Shown here: piece after piece, positions 1-8,431 of the stretch
How positions within the stretch are numbered: position 1 is the first letter of the stretch
How the letters are laid out: each line of letters starts with the position of its first letter
UHGV virus genome: UHGV-1374556
Strand: one strand, 5' to 3'
From: a virus
DNA length: 37,445 nt
Translations under genes and position numbers: made by a program
The notes under the pieces: model-generated
The model's input: the letters and a program-made list of their open reading frames with translations, nothing else
What the model was told of the DNA's origin: nothing
Database searches by the model: none

Positions 1-157
1 AATATTAACGATACTTTAATATCAGGCTGTATTTAGAATGGTATGATTTGCATAAGAAATGGGACGAAAATGGTAGGTTTTATGCGGGTTTGCGCCGTTT
101 TTGTAACTTCCGGTTCCTACCGCTTTCTACCATGTTATTAGGGTTTATTGGTCACAA

Positions 158-169
158 TAAAGTCACAAA
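158..169. repeat. attL core candidate TAAAGTCACAAA
   Basis: Exact 12-bp match to 37393-37404. Overlaps the integrase stop codon (TCA on the plus strand at 163-165). Confidence 0.6.
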
Positions 170-1299
170 TCAATGATTATCTTTTCTAGCTCTTTTCGCA
201 GATCCTCTATGTCACGGTGGCCGTAAACCTTGTTGGTAATGTCGGCCTTGAATGAGTGTCCCATCATCCGTTTACGGTCGTTTTCTTTTACCTCATACTT
301 TTCGCACAACATAGAAAATGTATGCCGGCAGTCATGTGGTGTATGTTTGGGGTCACCTGGAATTCCAAGCCGGTTTAGTAGCTCATCCATTTGTTTTCTG
401 AAATCTTTGTCGCTGCACGGAAGGAGCTTCCCATACTTGCTTATCCGGCGTTCAACCAAAGGGAGAATACCGGAATGAATTGGTACGATACGTCCTTTAC
501 CAGCTTCCGTTTTTATTCCACCCATAAAATACTTTTTCTGTAAATTCACTTCGAGGCCAATGTATTCTGATATACGCCATCCGGAATAGCACATTATGAG
601 AAGCATCTCAGCGGTTTCATTTGTTTTGTTATCCCACAGGATTTTCAGGTCTGCATCTGAAAATGGCACACCATGTTCATCATCGTCATCCCGTTTGATT
701 TTGACATACTGGCTATAATCCTTATCACACCATCCTTGACTGTCAGCGTACTTATACATTTGCCTGTACAGGTTCCTGATAAGTTCCAGGCTGGCATATT
801 TTAGATTACACGCATCCAGGTTATCCTGCAGGTCTTTTGCGCGGAGGGAGCTAAATATTTTATCATAGAGAGACGCACAGTTTTTATATGCGGCCTTGAT
901 TGAATATTTGGTTGCATTAGAGTATTTATTGCCTTCGGAGAATTTATCCGTGTAGAAGGCCTTGTAGACCTCTGAGAAGGTCTTTTCGGGTTCGTCCGGT
1001 TCAATTCCCTTGACGCGGTTGTAATCAGCCATAATCTTTTCCGCCAGGGCATCAAGGCTCCCAGTGGAATCAGGCAGCCGCAGGGTGGCCTCCATGCCGG
1101 GGGTATAGGTGCCAGCTTTGAGGGATGTGAGGATGATGAAGCCTTTCATCCAGTCATCCACGTAGCAGAGGGCCGGGGGCCGGTTCCCATCAATGTCTGC
1201 CGGTGGGTGGACCGCATAGGGGTTCCTCCGGCTCTTGCCAAGGTATCGGATGGAGCCGTAGCCGTTGGGGAGCCTGGGATGTTTCTTTCGTTTTGGCAT
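163..1299 (-). CDS. int: Tyrosine recombinase / phage integrase
   Basis: 378 aa. C-terminal catalytic motifs HDCRHTF...MMGHS...VYGHRD (R, H-x-x-R, H, Y). Positioned at the prophage end next to att. Confidence 0.9.
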   Translation of the reverse strand: MPKRKKHPRLPNGYGSIRYLGKSRRNPYAVHPPADIDGNRPPALCYVDDWMKGFIILTSLKAGTYTPGMEATLRLPDSTGSLDALAEKIMADYNRVKGIEPDEPEKTFSEVYKAFYTDKFSEGNKYSNATKYSIKAAYKNCASLYDKIFSSLRAKDLQDNLDACNLKYASLELIRNLYRQMYKYADSQGWCDKDYSQYVKIKRDDDDEHGVPFSDADLKILWDNKTNETAEMLLIMCYSGWRISEYIGLEVNLQKKYFMGGIKTEAGKGRIVPIHSGILPLVERRISKYGKLLPCSDKDFRKQMDELLNRLGIPGDPKHTPHDCRHTFSMLCEKYEVKENDRKRMMGHSFKADITNKVYGHRDIEDLRKELEKIIIDL

Positions 1300-1315
1300 A
1301 ATATCATTCCTTTCC

Positions 1316-1331
1316 GTTGCGATATCGCAAC
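1316..1331. promoter_or_regulatory. Palindrome GTTGCGATATCGCAAC, copy 1 of 4
   Basis: Perfect 16-bp palindrome lying 16 nt upstream of the int start codon, just 5' of its RBS GGAAAGGA. Identical copies at 10007, 19785 (14-bp core) and 34997. Confidence 0.7.
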
Positions 1332-1481
1332 TGATTTTGGGTAAAATTAATACGCCCCTTGCCAGGACGTTTCAGGAATGATATAATTTACTTGCTTAAG
1401 GTAATTATATCTTCCGTGGCAGTCCGGTAAGAGAATCTATGCGAAAAGCTCTAGGGGTTTGCGGCTCCTGGGGCTTTCTGC

Positions 1482-2285
1482 TTATTGCTCGGTTGCTATT
1501 AAAGAGTACTTCGCACTTGTACTGATTTCAAAAGTGTAATCGGATTCTAATTTTAAATTACTATAAGAATCCCTTACTATTTCCTTTAAGCGGTCATTTT
1601 TGTCTCTTACGGTCAGACTCCCAATTCCATTTTCTTTGACAACATTATAAACTCCAGATGGAATATCCTTCCCGACCAGATAGTTTCCTGGAGTAAAGCT
1701 AAATGCTTCTGGTTGCGATTCCGATTCTGTATCACTCTTCATGCTCTCAGTGGTTTCGCTTTCGATTGGAACAAGCATCTCGTTTTCAGATTCAGAAGTT
1801 TCTCCATTTTTTTCATCCCAAATATGAGAAAGCACAGAGTTTCTATCCTTATCACACCAAATAGTAATCATAGGGACGTCCCCAACATATTGTGTCCATA
1901 GGACATGGTCATAATCAAACCAATCTTGGTTCATTAATTCATTTATTTGGCTTCCAACAACTTTGGAATCGGCACCTGATAAGGTGGTTATATACAGTAA
2001 CTGCTGCCCATCAACGCGCACCCCCGTCACGGTACTCCCTATAAGATTCGAATATGCATAGTCAGCAACCTTGTCAAAGGAAGTCTCTGCTTGATTAGGG
2101 GAAGACGAGCTATCCTCGTTGGATTGCTGTAATACTGCCGCGTATTCAGATTCCATTTCTGTATTTTTTTCTTTTAGAATATTATATTCCGATTTTAGCC
2201 TATCGTATTCATTCTGCGAAACCCCATTGCTACATGCTGTTAATGAAAGCACAAGCAGGGGGAAAATAATAAAGCGCTTTTTCAT
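1482..2285 (-). CDS. Lipoprotein moron between int and the repressor module (Ltp-like superinfection-exclusion candidate)
   Basis: 267 aa. Signal peptide plus lipobox LSLTAC-S. AT-rich relative to neighbours. AGGAGG RBS upstream of the ATG. Confidence 0.7.
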   Translation of the reverse strand: MKKRFIIFPLLVLSLTACSNGVSQNEYDRLKSEYNILKEKNTEMESEYAAVLQQSNEDSSSSPNQAETSFDKVADYAYSNLIGSTVTGVRVDGQQLLYITTLSGADSKVVGSQINELMNQDWFDYDHVLWTQYVGDVPMITIWCDKDRNSVLSHIWDEKNGETSESENEMLVPIESETTESMKSDTESESQPEAFSFTPGNYLVGKDIPSGVYNVVKENGIGSLTVRDKNDRLKEIVRDSYSNLKLESDYTFEISTSAKYSLIATEQ

Positions 2286-2333
2286 AAAACCTCCTTAGTT
2301 TTGGTTATGCCATTTTTATTAAAAAGCAATAAG

Positions 2334-2771
2334 CTATTTTAATCTTAAATCAAGTAATTCTTCTGGATACCCAGTACATTTGCAGAACTGATTCTTTGTG
2401 CACCCGACATAGCATTTTAGTAGCTCATTATCAATAAGGAGATGGGCTGCAAATATATTTGCCTGTTTTTCTATCCGCGAGGTCAAAAGAAGTGTACTAT
2501 TCTTCATAAACGCACAGTTTTCTTTTGGATGCATTACTGCATGACCAAGTTCGTGCGCCAGAACAACTCGGAGAAATATTGCATCATCGATGTCTGAATT
2601 GAGAAAGATGTATTTCCTTCGTTTTAGCAATTTGTAAAATCCGGCAACAACATCTTCTAACGGTGCCCTGATTATGGTCACACCAAGATAATCCGCAATT
2701 TCTTCCGGGTCACCAGTTTTATATTTTCTTTTTAGATATGAAACAAGTTTTTTTATTTTTTTACTATTCAA
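2334..2771 (-). CDS. immA: ImmA/IrrE-family metallopeptidase (HEXXH), anti-repressor protease
   Basis: 145 aa. LAHELGHAVMH zinc-metalloprotease motif. Sits directly downstream of an XRE repressor as in ImmR/ImmA pairs. TTG start with AGGTGGTGA RBS. Confidence 0.75.
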   Translation of the reverse strand: MNSKKIKKLVSYLKRKYKTGDPEEIADYLGVTIIRAPLEDVVAGFYKLLKRRKYIFLNSDIDDAIFLRVVLAHELGHAVMHPKENCAFMKNSTLLLTSRIEKQANIFAAHLLIDNELLKCYVGCTKNQFCKCTGYPEELLDLRLK

Positions 2772-2795
2772 AGTCCATTCACCACCTAGACCCAG

Positions 2796-3236
2796 TTATT
2801 CCTTTTCAGGTCTGGGCTTATGCTTGTATGGTCGATAGGTTTCTTTGTTCTTAACTTTTGCATCTTCCAACGCTATTTCTATTGCATTCCTCAATAAATC
2901 TACTTTGTTTTTAGGGATTGGTTTGTCATTGTAATATAGAGGGCTATCCTCTCCATCTGCTATTTCCTTCATTATTCGGTCAAGATCTTTTGCAATATTA
3001 CGTTTGTCCCGGGCAGTTAATCCTGGAGCCATCTCTTTGGGTTCATTTTTCCCCGTCATTAAATAATCCACACTCACACCAAAATAATCAGCTATCTTTT
3101 TCATATTGCCACTTTTGGGAGTACTTCGGCCACGTTTCCAGTCGCTGAGCGTAGATTGTGTGACTCCTGTTTCTTTTGACACTTTGTAGGCCGTTACGCC
3201 ATTCTTTTGTAATAATTGTTCAAATATCTCATACAT
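2796..3236 (-). CDS. immR: XRE-family HTH repressor (CI/ImmR-like)
   Basis: HTH motif YKVSKETGVTQSTLSDWKRG. Trimmed to the MYEIFEQ start at 3236, which has a GGTGG RBS. No S24 peptidase domain, consistent with an ImmA-dependent repressor. Confidence 0.8.
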   Translation of the reverse strand: MYEIFEQLLQKNGVTAYKVSKETGVTQSTLSDWKRGRSTPKSGNMKKIADYFGVSVDYLMTGKNEPKEMAPGLTARDKRNIAKDLDRIMKEIADGEDSPLYYNDKPIPKNKVDLLRNAIEIALEDAKVKNKETYRPYKHKPRPEKE

Positions 3237-3291
3237 AATTGTCCACCTTTCACAAACCGCAGACAATACTATGAAAAACCGAAAAATTCTA

Positions 3292-3320
3292 TTGACATTA
3301 TCGGAAATGCATAGTATAGT
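3292..3320 (+). promoter_or_regulatory. Sigma-A-like promoter, TTGACA-17-TATAGT, for the rightward early operon
   Basis: TTGACA at 3292-3297, 17-nt spacer, TATAGT at 3315-3320, within the divergent int/cro-type intergenic region. Confidence 0.55.
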
Positions 3321-3412
3321 ATGAGCATACAAAGGAATTACGTTGTAAAACCTTTGCACACTGCGGAAATGTTATTTACTTCGTCTGATAAACAAAGCAT
3401 ATCACATTTCCG
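3302..3412. promoter_or_regulatory. Three copies of the operator-like half-site CGGAAATG
   Basis: CGGAAATG at 3302-3309 and 3364-3371, with the inverted copy CATTTCCG at 3405-3412. All lie between the divergent repressor and cro-like genes, overlapping the promoter. Confidence 0.5.
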
Positions 3413-3447
3413 TAGCATTTTCAATATTTATATTAAAGAAAGGTGGT

Positions 3448-3666
3448 GTGGTTTTGTACAAAAAATTTGCAGCTTTATTAGAGAAAAGTAACAAAACATC
3501 TTATCAAGTATCTAAAGAGACAGGAATTGCTCAATCTGTTTTATCTGACTGGAAAAATGGCCGTAGCAAACCAAAGTTTGACAAATTGTTAATCCTGGCA
3601 AAATACTTCGGCGTACCAGTAGAGTACTTTGCGGATAGTGAAAAGACAGAAAAGGAGGATACATAA
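3448..3666 (+). CDS. XRE-family HTH, Cro-like regulator
   Basis: 72 aa. HTH YQVSKETGIAQSVLSDWKNG. Divergent from the repressor. GTG/TTG-region start with AAAGGTGG RBS. Confidence 0.8.
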   Translation: MVLYKKFAALLEKSNKTSYQVSKETGIAQSVLSDWKNGRSKPKFDKLLILAKYFGVPVEYFADSEKTEKEDT

Positions 3667-3667
3667 T

Positions 3668-4255
3668 ATGAGTGGTATTTTTAATGAGGTTTTTACAGGA
3701 AGAGACACATCGAGGCTGACCCCGATTGAAATTGCATTGGGGATTGACAACGAAGGGAGAACAACGGCAACAAAGCTCTACGATTTTCTGGAGCTGAACC
3801 CCAGCAACTATTCCAAGTGGTTCCGTAAGAACATTCTTGAAAATGAGTTTGCGGAAGAAACAGTGGATTATTTCCCATTCGTACTCCGGTACGAGTCGCT
3901 GACAGGCGAAAAGGAGAGGCAGGATGCCAAACTCACGGCCCATTTTGCAAAGAAGCTTTCGATGGTTCAGAAGAATCAGAAAGGTGATGCAGCCAGGAAC
4001 TACTTTGTAGGCGTGGAAAATGGGGCTAAAAATCTGATATCGCAATACAAAGCGTTATCACCAACTGAACGCCCAGGAGAGGTGGCTAACCTTATAAAGG
4101 TGATTACCCGGATAATGGAGAAACAGGGTTCTGCACCTTGTAAGGTCTCTGAGAACGCACAACTTATCTGCGCCCAGTACGGAATTACCTTGTCCTCTGA
4201 TTTTGTGAAGGTTCCAGAATATGAGCAAATGAGCCTTGATGATTTTATGAAATAG
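3668..4255 (+). CDS. Phage antirepressor-like protein (KilAC/Ant-type C-terminal domain)
   Basis: Start at MSGIFNEV with AGGAGG RBS, spacing 9. Motif ARNYFVGVENG is typical of the KilAC/antirepressor domain. The family call is tentative. Confidence 0.55.
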   Translation: MSGIFNEVFTGRDTSRLTPIEIALGIDNEGRTTATKLYDFLELNPSNYSKWFRKNILENEFAEETVDYFPFVLRYESLTGEKERQDAKLTAHFAKKLSMVQKNQKGDAARNYFVGVENGAKNLISQYKALSPTERPGEVANLIKVITRIMEKQGSAPCKVSENAQLICAQYGITLSSDFVKVPEYEQMSLDDFMK

Positions 4256-4269
4256 GAAGGAGAAAGAGA

Positions 4270-4707
4270 ATGAAAGATTCAAAAATTATTGCAAAACGGT
4301 TATTGATGGATTTGGGAAAAGATGAGTTAAAAGATGGGAAATCAGTAGCGGAAGATATTAGGGTAATGGCAGAGGAGAGTGAAAGTTTTGAAAATGCTGT
4401 GTTCGAAGTTGGAGCCATGAAAATTGCAAAAGATTGCGCAAAACTTTGCAGTAAGGGTGGGGACACGGCAGATAAAGCAGCAGTATGTTTAGATGAAATA
4501 GGATATGACAAAAAGAAAATTAAGAGCCTCAAAAACTGGTGCGTATGTGAAATTGATGGAGGTTATCTTGAGGAAGGTGAGCAGTACATTAGTATGACTT
4601 TCTACAACCCAGCTACTCAAAAGTATGTGGAGTTGGAGTTTGATTCAGATGGATGTGTATTTATTACTGCTCCACACGATACGAAAACGAAGGGAGAAAG
4701 AGGATGA
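4270..4707 (+). CDS. Hypothetical protein whose C-terminal about 60 aa are paralogous to ORF 5593-5820
   Basis: 145 aa with AAGGAG RBS. The C-terminus GEQYISMTFYNPATQKYVELEFDSDG aligns with GERFIQLSFCNPYSSKLAQLRFYEDG of the 75-aa ORF. Confidence 0.6.
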   Translation: MKDSKIIAKRLLMDLGKDELKDGKSVAEDIRVMAEESESFENAVFEVGAMKIAKDCAKLCSKGGDTADKAAVCLDEIGYDKKKIKSLKNWCVCEIDGGYLEEGEQYISMTFYNPATQKYVELEFDSDGCVFITAPHDTKTKGERG

Positions 4708-5564
4708 ATGAGATTATAAAAGTAGGAAACCACAATGTGGTGGAAATCCAGTGGAAGGGACGGAAGGTCATTACCACGGCTCAGCTGGCGGAGGTATATG
4801 AGACCGATGCCAATAACGTGCAAGCTAATTTTGGAAGGAATCAGGAACGTTTTAAAGAGGGAGTACATTATTTTTTGTTGAAGGGGCAGGAGTTGAGGGA
4901 ATTTAAAGACTACCTGACTGATAGTCAGTTAGTTGCTAAGAATGCGCCCTTGCTCTACCTCTGGACTCACCGTGGCGCCAGCCGTCACTGTAAAATACTG
5001 GACACTGAGAAAGCATGGGAGCAGTTCGACAACCTGGAAGAAGCGTATTTTAACCCGCAGTCATCTATTAACATGGATGACCTGGACCCTGATACACAGC
5101 TAATGAATCTGCTTGTTAGAAATATTTCAAAACAGGAGTTGGAGCAGAAGCGACAACGAGAAGAGCAGAAGAGACAGGCTGAAAAATTGGAACAGCTGGA
5201 TGATAGAATTGACGCTATCAAGGAAGTGGTTTCGCTACGTCCAAACGCCTGGAGAAAAGATACTGCCAATATTATAAACAAGATGGCGTTGAAGGCCGGG
5301 GGATATGACCACATAAAGCTTATCAGAGATGAATCCTATCGCATCCTGGAAGAGCGGATGCATGTAGCGCTGAATATTCGTCTCACAAATAAGAAAAAGA
5401 CAATGGCGCTCAATAATGTATGCAAGTCTAAACTGGACAAGTTAAACATACTCGATGTAATTGCGGATGATCCCAAATTGATTGAGGGGTATATATCAGT
5501 TATTAAGGATATGGCAATTAAATATGGAATTGCAGATGCGAAAGACATTTTAAACGAAAACTAA
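4704..5564 (+). CDS. ORF6N-domain phage protein (antirepressor-family N-terminal domain)
   Basis: Motif VVEIQWKGRKVITTAQLAEVYETDANNVQANFGRNQERFKEGVHYF matches the ORF6N pattern. ATGA overlap with the upstream gene. GGGAGAAAGAGG RBS. Confidence 0.6.
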   Translation: MNEIIKVGNHNVVEIQWKGRKVITTAQLAEVYETDANNVQANFGRNQERFKEGVHYFLLKGQELREFKDYLTDSQLVAKNAPLLYLWTHRGASRHCKILDTEKAWEQFDNLEEAYFNPQSSINMDDLDPDTQLMNLLVRNISKQELEQKRQREEQKRQAEKLEQLDDRIDAIKEVVSLRPNAWRKDTANIINKMALKAGGYDHIKLIRDESYRILEERMHVALNIRLTNKKKTMALNNVCKSKLDKLNILDVIADDPKLIEGYISVIKDMAIKYGIADAKDILNEN

Positions 5565-5592
5565 AATAAAAAAGTATGGAGGAATAGAAAAT

Positions 5593-5820
5593 ATGGTCAT
5601 TACATTGAATAGAATCAAATTTAGCAGGGATGAGTTAAAAGCTGTTGAGGGATGCTGTGTGCGTGGAGTTGTTGATAACGTAGATGATGACGGGGAGAGA
5701 TTTATACAATTAAGCTTTTGCAATCCATACTCCTCAAAACTTGCTCAGTTAAGATTTTATGAGGATGGAACTATGTGTATAGGCACATCCATTAGCGGGA
5801 GTGAAAGAGAAGGGGTGTGA
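5593..5820 (+). CDS. Hypothetical small protein, paralogue of the 4270-4707 C-terminal domain
   Basis: 75 aa with GGAGG RBS. Shares the CxV...GE.FI.LSF.NP...K...L.F..DG motif. Confidence 0.55.
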   Translation: MVITLNRIKFSRDELKAVEGCCVRGVVDNVDDDGERFIQLSFCNPYSSKLAQLRFYEDGTMCIGTSISGSEREGV

Positions 5821-5824
5821 TGTT

Positions 5825-6049
5825 ATGGCAAGACTATGGCTGAGCCCGGAGGAGGCAGCCCCTGTCCTGGGAATGAAACCAGCAAAGATTCGGGATTACA
5901 TGCGCAGGGATATCTTGGACCTGGGGCTGGCAATCCCACCGGAGAAAACCGGAAAGACCATGTGGGAGTTCCGGATATACCCTGCGAAGATTGAAAAGAT
6001 AATTGGTGAGAAACTGGAGCGTCCAGAGGAAGGGGAGAAACAGGAATGA
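5825..6049 (+). CDS. Small HTH DNA-binding protein (excisionase/AlpA-like)
   Basis: N-terminus MARLWLSPEEAAPVLGMKPAKIRDYMRR is typical of Xis/MerR-like HTH proteins. GAAGGGGTG RBS. Confidence 0.5.
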   Translation: MARLWLSPEEAAPVLGMKPAKIRDYMRRDILDLGLAIPPEKTGKTMWEFRIYPAKIEKIIGEKLERPEEGEKQE

Positions 6050-6168
6050 GACGGAACAATGAGCCGGATAAGATGCAACGGGCGTTGGCAATCATCACAA
6101 TGGTGATGACGATGTTGTATATGTACAAATGCTGGCAGGTGGACCAGCTGGTAAGAATGATATAGGAG
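6046..6168 (+). CDS. Small hydrophobic peptide (40 aa), translationally coupled to the upstream gene
   Basis: MRRNNEPDKMQRALAIITMVMTMLYMYKCWQVDQLVRMI. ATGA overlap with the previous stop. GGGGAG RBS 10 nt upstream. Below the six-frame track size cutoff. Confidence 0.35.
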
Positions 6169-6179
6169 AGGTAAGGACA

Positions 6180-7313
6180 ATGGAGAAAGAAACCAAAGAA
6201 GTGGTATTGAGCCATATTAAGGATGGGACCTATGTTCCGGATATGCTGTTTGACATACAGAAACTGATGGCCCAGGCCGGGATGGAGCTATATGCAAAGC
6301 CATGCTGTGACCGGATTGAGGCGGCAGGCCTGGTGGACAAAGTACATGTCCTGCGGATTCAGCCATCCCCATGGAAATTACAGGTGGATGCCGATGGCAT
6401 GGAGGCCTGCCGTGAGGTATTGGAGGCGTACCTACAGCCTGAATATCTGAATGAAATGTATGAAATCATCAAGAGGTGCCGTGACTGGACCATATCTGTC
6501 AACAACATGCTCTATTCTTTACGGAAGATAAGCAGTAAAGACCTTAAGGCTGAGCTTATGGACAACTTTGTATATAAGGTAGGAGAGGACGACGAGCAGG
6601 ACGTCACGGAGCTGTTTAAAGCGGAGTTAGAGAACCGGAAGCTCCTGGGCAGGATGCGTAAGCTGACAAGGAGGACTGCCTTTGTAATCCAGATGTTAAG
6701 GATGTTCCCCGGTCCGCTCCAGATACTGGTACCATTCATCAGGGAATCCTGGAAGAGCTGGAATACAGCAGGAATTGTGCCACATGTAGAGAGCAATGGG
6801 AAATATACTAAGGCCCTGAGACGCTTTACGGATATCCATGGCGGTACCCGCTGCATAGAAAGACTACAGGGAGTTGACCTGGAACGATACATATTCCTGG
6901 CGGTCAAGGCCTATGGAAAAGAGAATCATGCAGAGTTTAACCACACAAAAGCCCATAAGTCCTGCCTGGAGATAGAGAACAGATACCAGGAGTTAAAGCA
7001 GGTCATGGAGACCATAGGCAGGCTGACACCTTTGGAGCTGCTGAGGATGTTCCCGGTCAAGAAGGAATACGACGGAAAGAATTGGGGAACAAAGGATTAC
7101 TACTATACCATGGACCGATTAAGGCGCCTGCCGGCAGACAAGCCCATAGGGGACGCCCAGGACGTTGCAGTTCTCCTATGGGACTATCAGAACTGGGACC
7201 TGGCGGAACTATTATTTCAATGGCAGAACGTTCTGGGAGATTTGCACATCTATTGCAATGATTCTGGGCCACATGATGAACTTCATGACAGGATGATGCG
7301 GAGGGCGGTGTAA
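6180..7313 (+). CDS. Hypothetical early protein of unknown function with internal LRMFP repeat
   Basis: 377 aa from MEKETKEV with GGAGAGG RBS. No motif recognisable to me. LRMFPGP and LLRMFPVK recur about 120 aa apart. Confidence 0.65.
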   Translation: MEKETKEVVLSHIKDGTYVPDMLFDIQKLMAQAGMELYAKPCCDRIEAAGLVDKVHVLRIQPSPWKLQVDADGMEACREVLEAYLQPEYLNEMYEIIKRCRDWTISVNNMLYSLRKISSKDLKAELMDNFVYKVGEDDEQDVTELFKAELENRKLLGRMRKLTRRTAFVIQMLRMFPGPLQILVPFIRESWKSWNTAGIVPHVESNGKYTKALRRFTDIHGGTRCIERLQGVDLERYIFLAVKAYGKENHAEFNHTKAHKSCLEIENRYQELKQVMETIGRLTPLELLRMFPVKKEYDGKNWGTKDYYYTMDRLRRLPADKPIGDAQDVAVLLWDYQNWDLAELLFQWQNVLGDLHIYCNDSGPHDELHDRMMRRAV

Positions 7314-7335
7314 ACGGATGGGGAGAAGCAGAGCA

Positions 7336-7494
7336 ATGAAGCCGACCCGGAACCAGAAGGCACTGATGAGTAAGACTGGTCTGGTGGTAAAGAACTGGCT
7401 GGTGTTGGAAGAAACAAAGACGGAGCTGAGGCTTGTGAGCCGCGGCGCCGGCGTGAGGCGCACAATAAAAAAGTCCCTAACTAACGCCAATTAG
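7336..7494 (+). CDS. Possible small basic protein (52 aa)
   Basis: GGGGAG RBS 10 nt upstream of the ATG. Ends inside the stem-loop at 7473-7502. Weak support. Confidence 0.25.
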   Translation: MKPTRNQKALMSKTGLVVKNWLVLEETKTELRLVSRGAGVRRTIKKSLTNAN

Positions 7495-7502
7495 TTAAGG
7501 AC
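7473..7502. terminator. Stem-loop with 12-bp stem, GTCCCTAACTAA-CGCCAA-TTAGTTAAGGAC
   Basis: Near-perfect inverted repeat with one mismatch. Preceded by AAAAAA on the plus strand, equivalent to a T-run on the minus strand. Confidence 0.4.
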
Positions 7503-7587
7503 AAGTATAGGCCTGGAGGCGCTATACCAAAGTTCAACCACTTATAAGTATAGCACTTCTGAGCCGGAAAGGGAAGATGGTAGATTT

Positions 7588-8067
7588 ATGATTTATCCGA
7601 ATTTAATAGCAGAGCATCAAGCTTTTTGGTGCCTGGAAGCAATGGCCAGGGGCGCAGAGGTAACACCGGAACTGATGGGCGCAGTGTTAGAGGGAAAAGA
7701 GCCACTAATGGCTGATGAGGCATTACGTCTGGCACAGTATATGATGGTCAAGACCAGCTATTTATTCAGCACGTCATTGTCCGTACTGAATAGAAAGAGC
7801 AACCGGCATCGACGCTGGATGGCTGGATTGGAACGAAATCTGTACGAGATATATGAGGCTGGCAAGAAGGGAGATTACTGGGTCCTGGACTTTTTACGCG
7901 CAAATAAACGAATCAGGTACGCGAATATGGATCTGAGTTTTCGAAACGGCCAACAAGTAACATATGCGGAATATAAGGCTGTAAAGACGGATATAGAGTG
8001 GGCCTTGTGTCATATCCGTGAGAAACAGCATAAGCCGCGTGGCCTGGAAGGAAAGGTGGCCGTATGA
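7588..8067 (+). CDS. Hypothetical protein
   Basis: 159-aa ORF in the co-oriented early operon. Confidence 0.5.
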   Translation: MIYPNLIAEHQAFWCLEAMARGAEVTPELMGAVLEGKEPLMADEALRLAQYMMVKTSYLFSTSLSVLNRKSNRHRRWMAGLERNLYEIYEAGKKGDYWVLDFLRANKRIRYANMDLSFRNGQQVTYAEYKAVKTDIEWALCHIREKQHKPRGLEGKVAV

Positions 8068-8264
8068 TGCTGCATGAAGATTTAGTTCAGGAATTGGTTA
8101 TGGAACTATATAAGCTGGATGTTGATGAGTTGTTGATATTCAAGGGAGATGAAGCGGAGGAACTGGAAGCACAAGGTATTCCCAAAGAGATACGAGACCG
8201 TTGCCTTCGAATCGTTGATATAGTGATACAAGTGAAGCAGGAAGAGATGAGTAACGCAGTATGA
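8064..8264 (+). CDS. Hypothetical protein
   Basis: 66 aa. AAAGGTGG RBS. ATGA overlap with the upstream gene. Confidence 0.5.
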   Translation: MMLHEDLVQELVMELYKLDVDELLIFKGDEAEELEAQGIPKEIRDRCLRIVDIVIQVKQEEMSNAV

Positions 8265-8431
8265 CATTTCCAATAGATGAGCAGGTATTTATAGATAGGT
8301 GGTTATCAGCGTTAAATGAGCCAGATGAAGGGGATAGGGAACAGGCAGAGGCCACGGTGCAGACAATCACCCGGGCATATTATGCAGGTTTGGAAGATGG
8401 AAGGAAGGAGACAGCAGCATGCAGAGAATGA
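8261..8431 (+). CDS. Hypothetical small protein (56 aa)
   Basis: ATGA overlap with the upstream stop. Weak RBS. Confidence 0.3.
   Translation: MTFPIDEQVFIDRWLSALNEPDEGDREQAEATVQTITRAYYAGLEDGRKETAACRE

Noticed and set aside
1-157. tRNA gene as integration target in the left or right flank
   Set aside because: I could not fold either flank (1-157 or 37405-37445) into a convincing cloverleaf. The flanks are too short to judge, and the att core does not resemble a tRNA 3' end.
3512-4045. 177-aa minus-strand ORF
   Set aside because: Overlaps the cro-like and antirepressor genes on the opposite strand. No RBS. The plus-strand genes have clear motifs.
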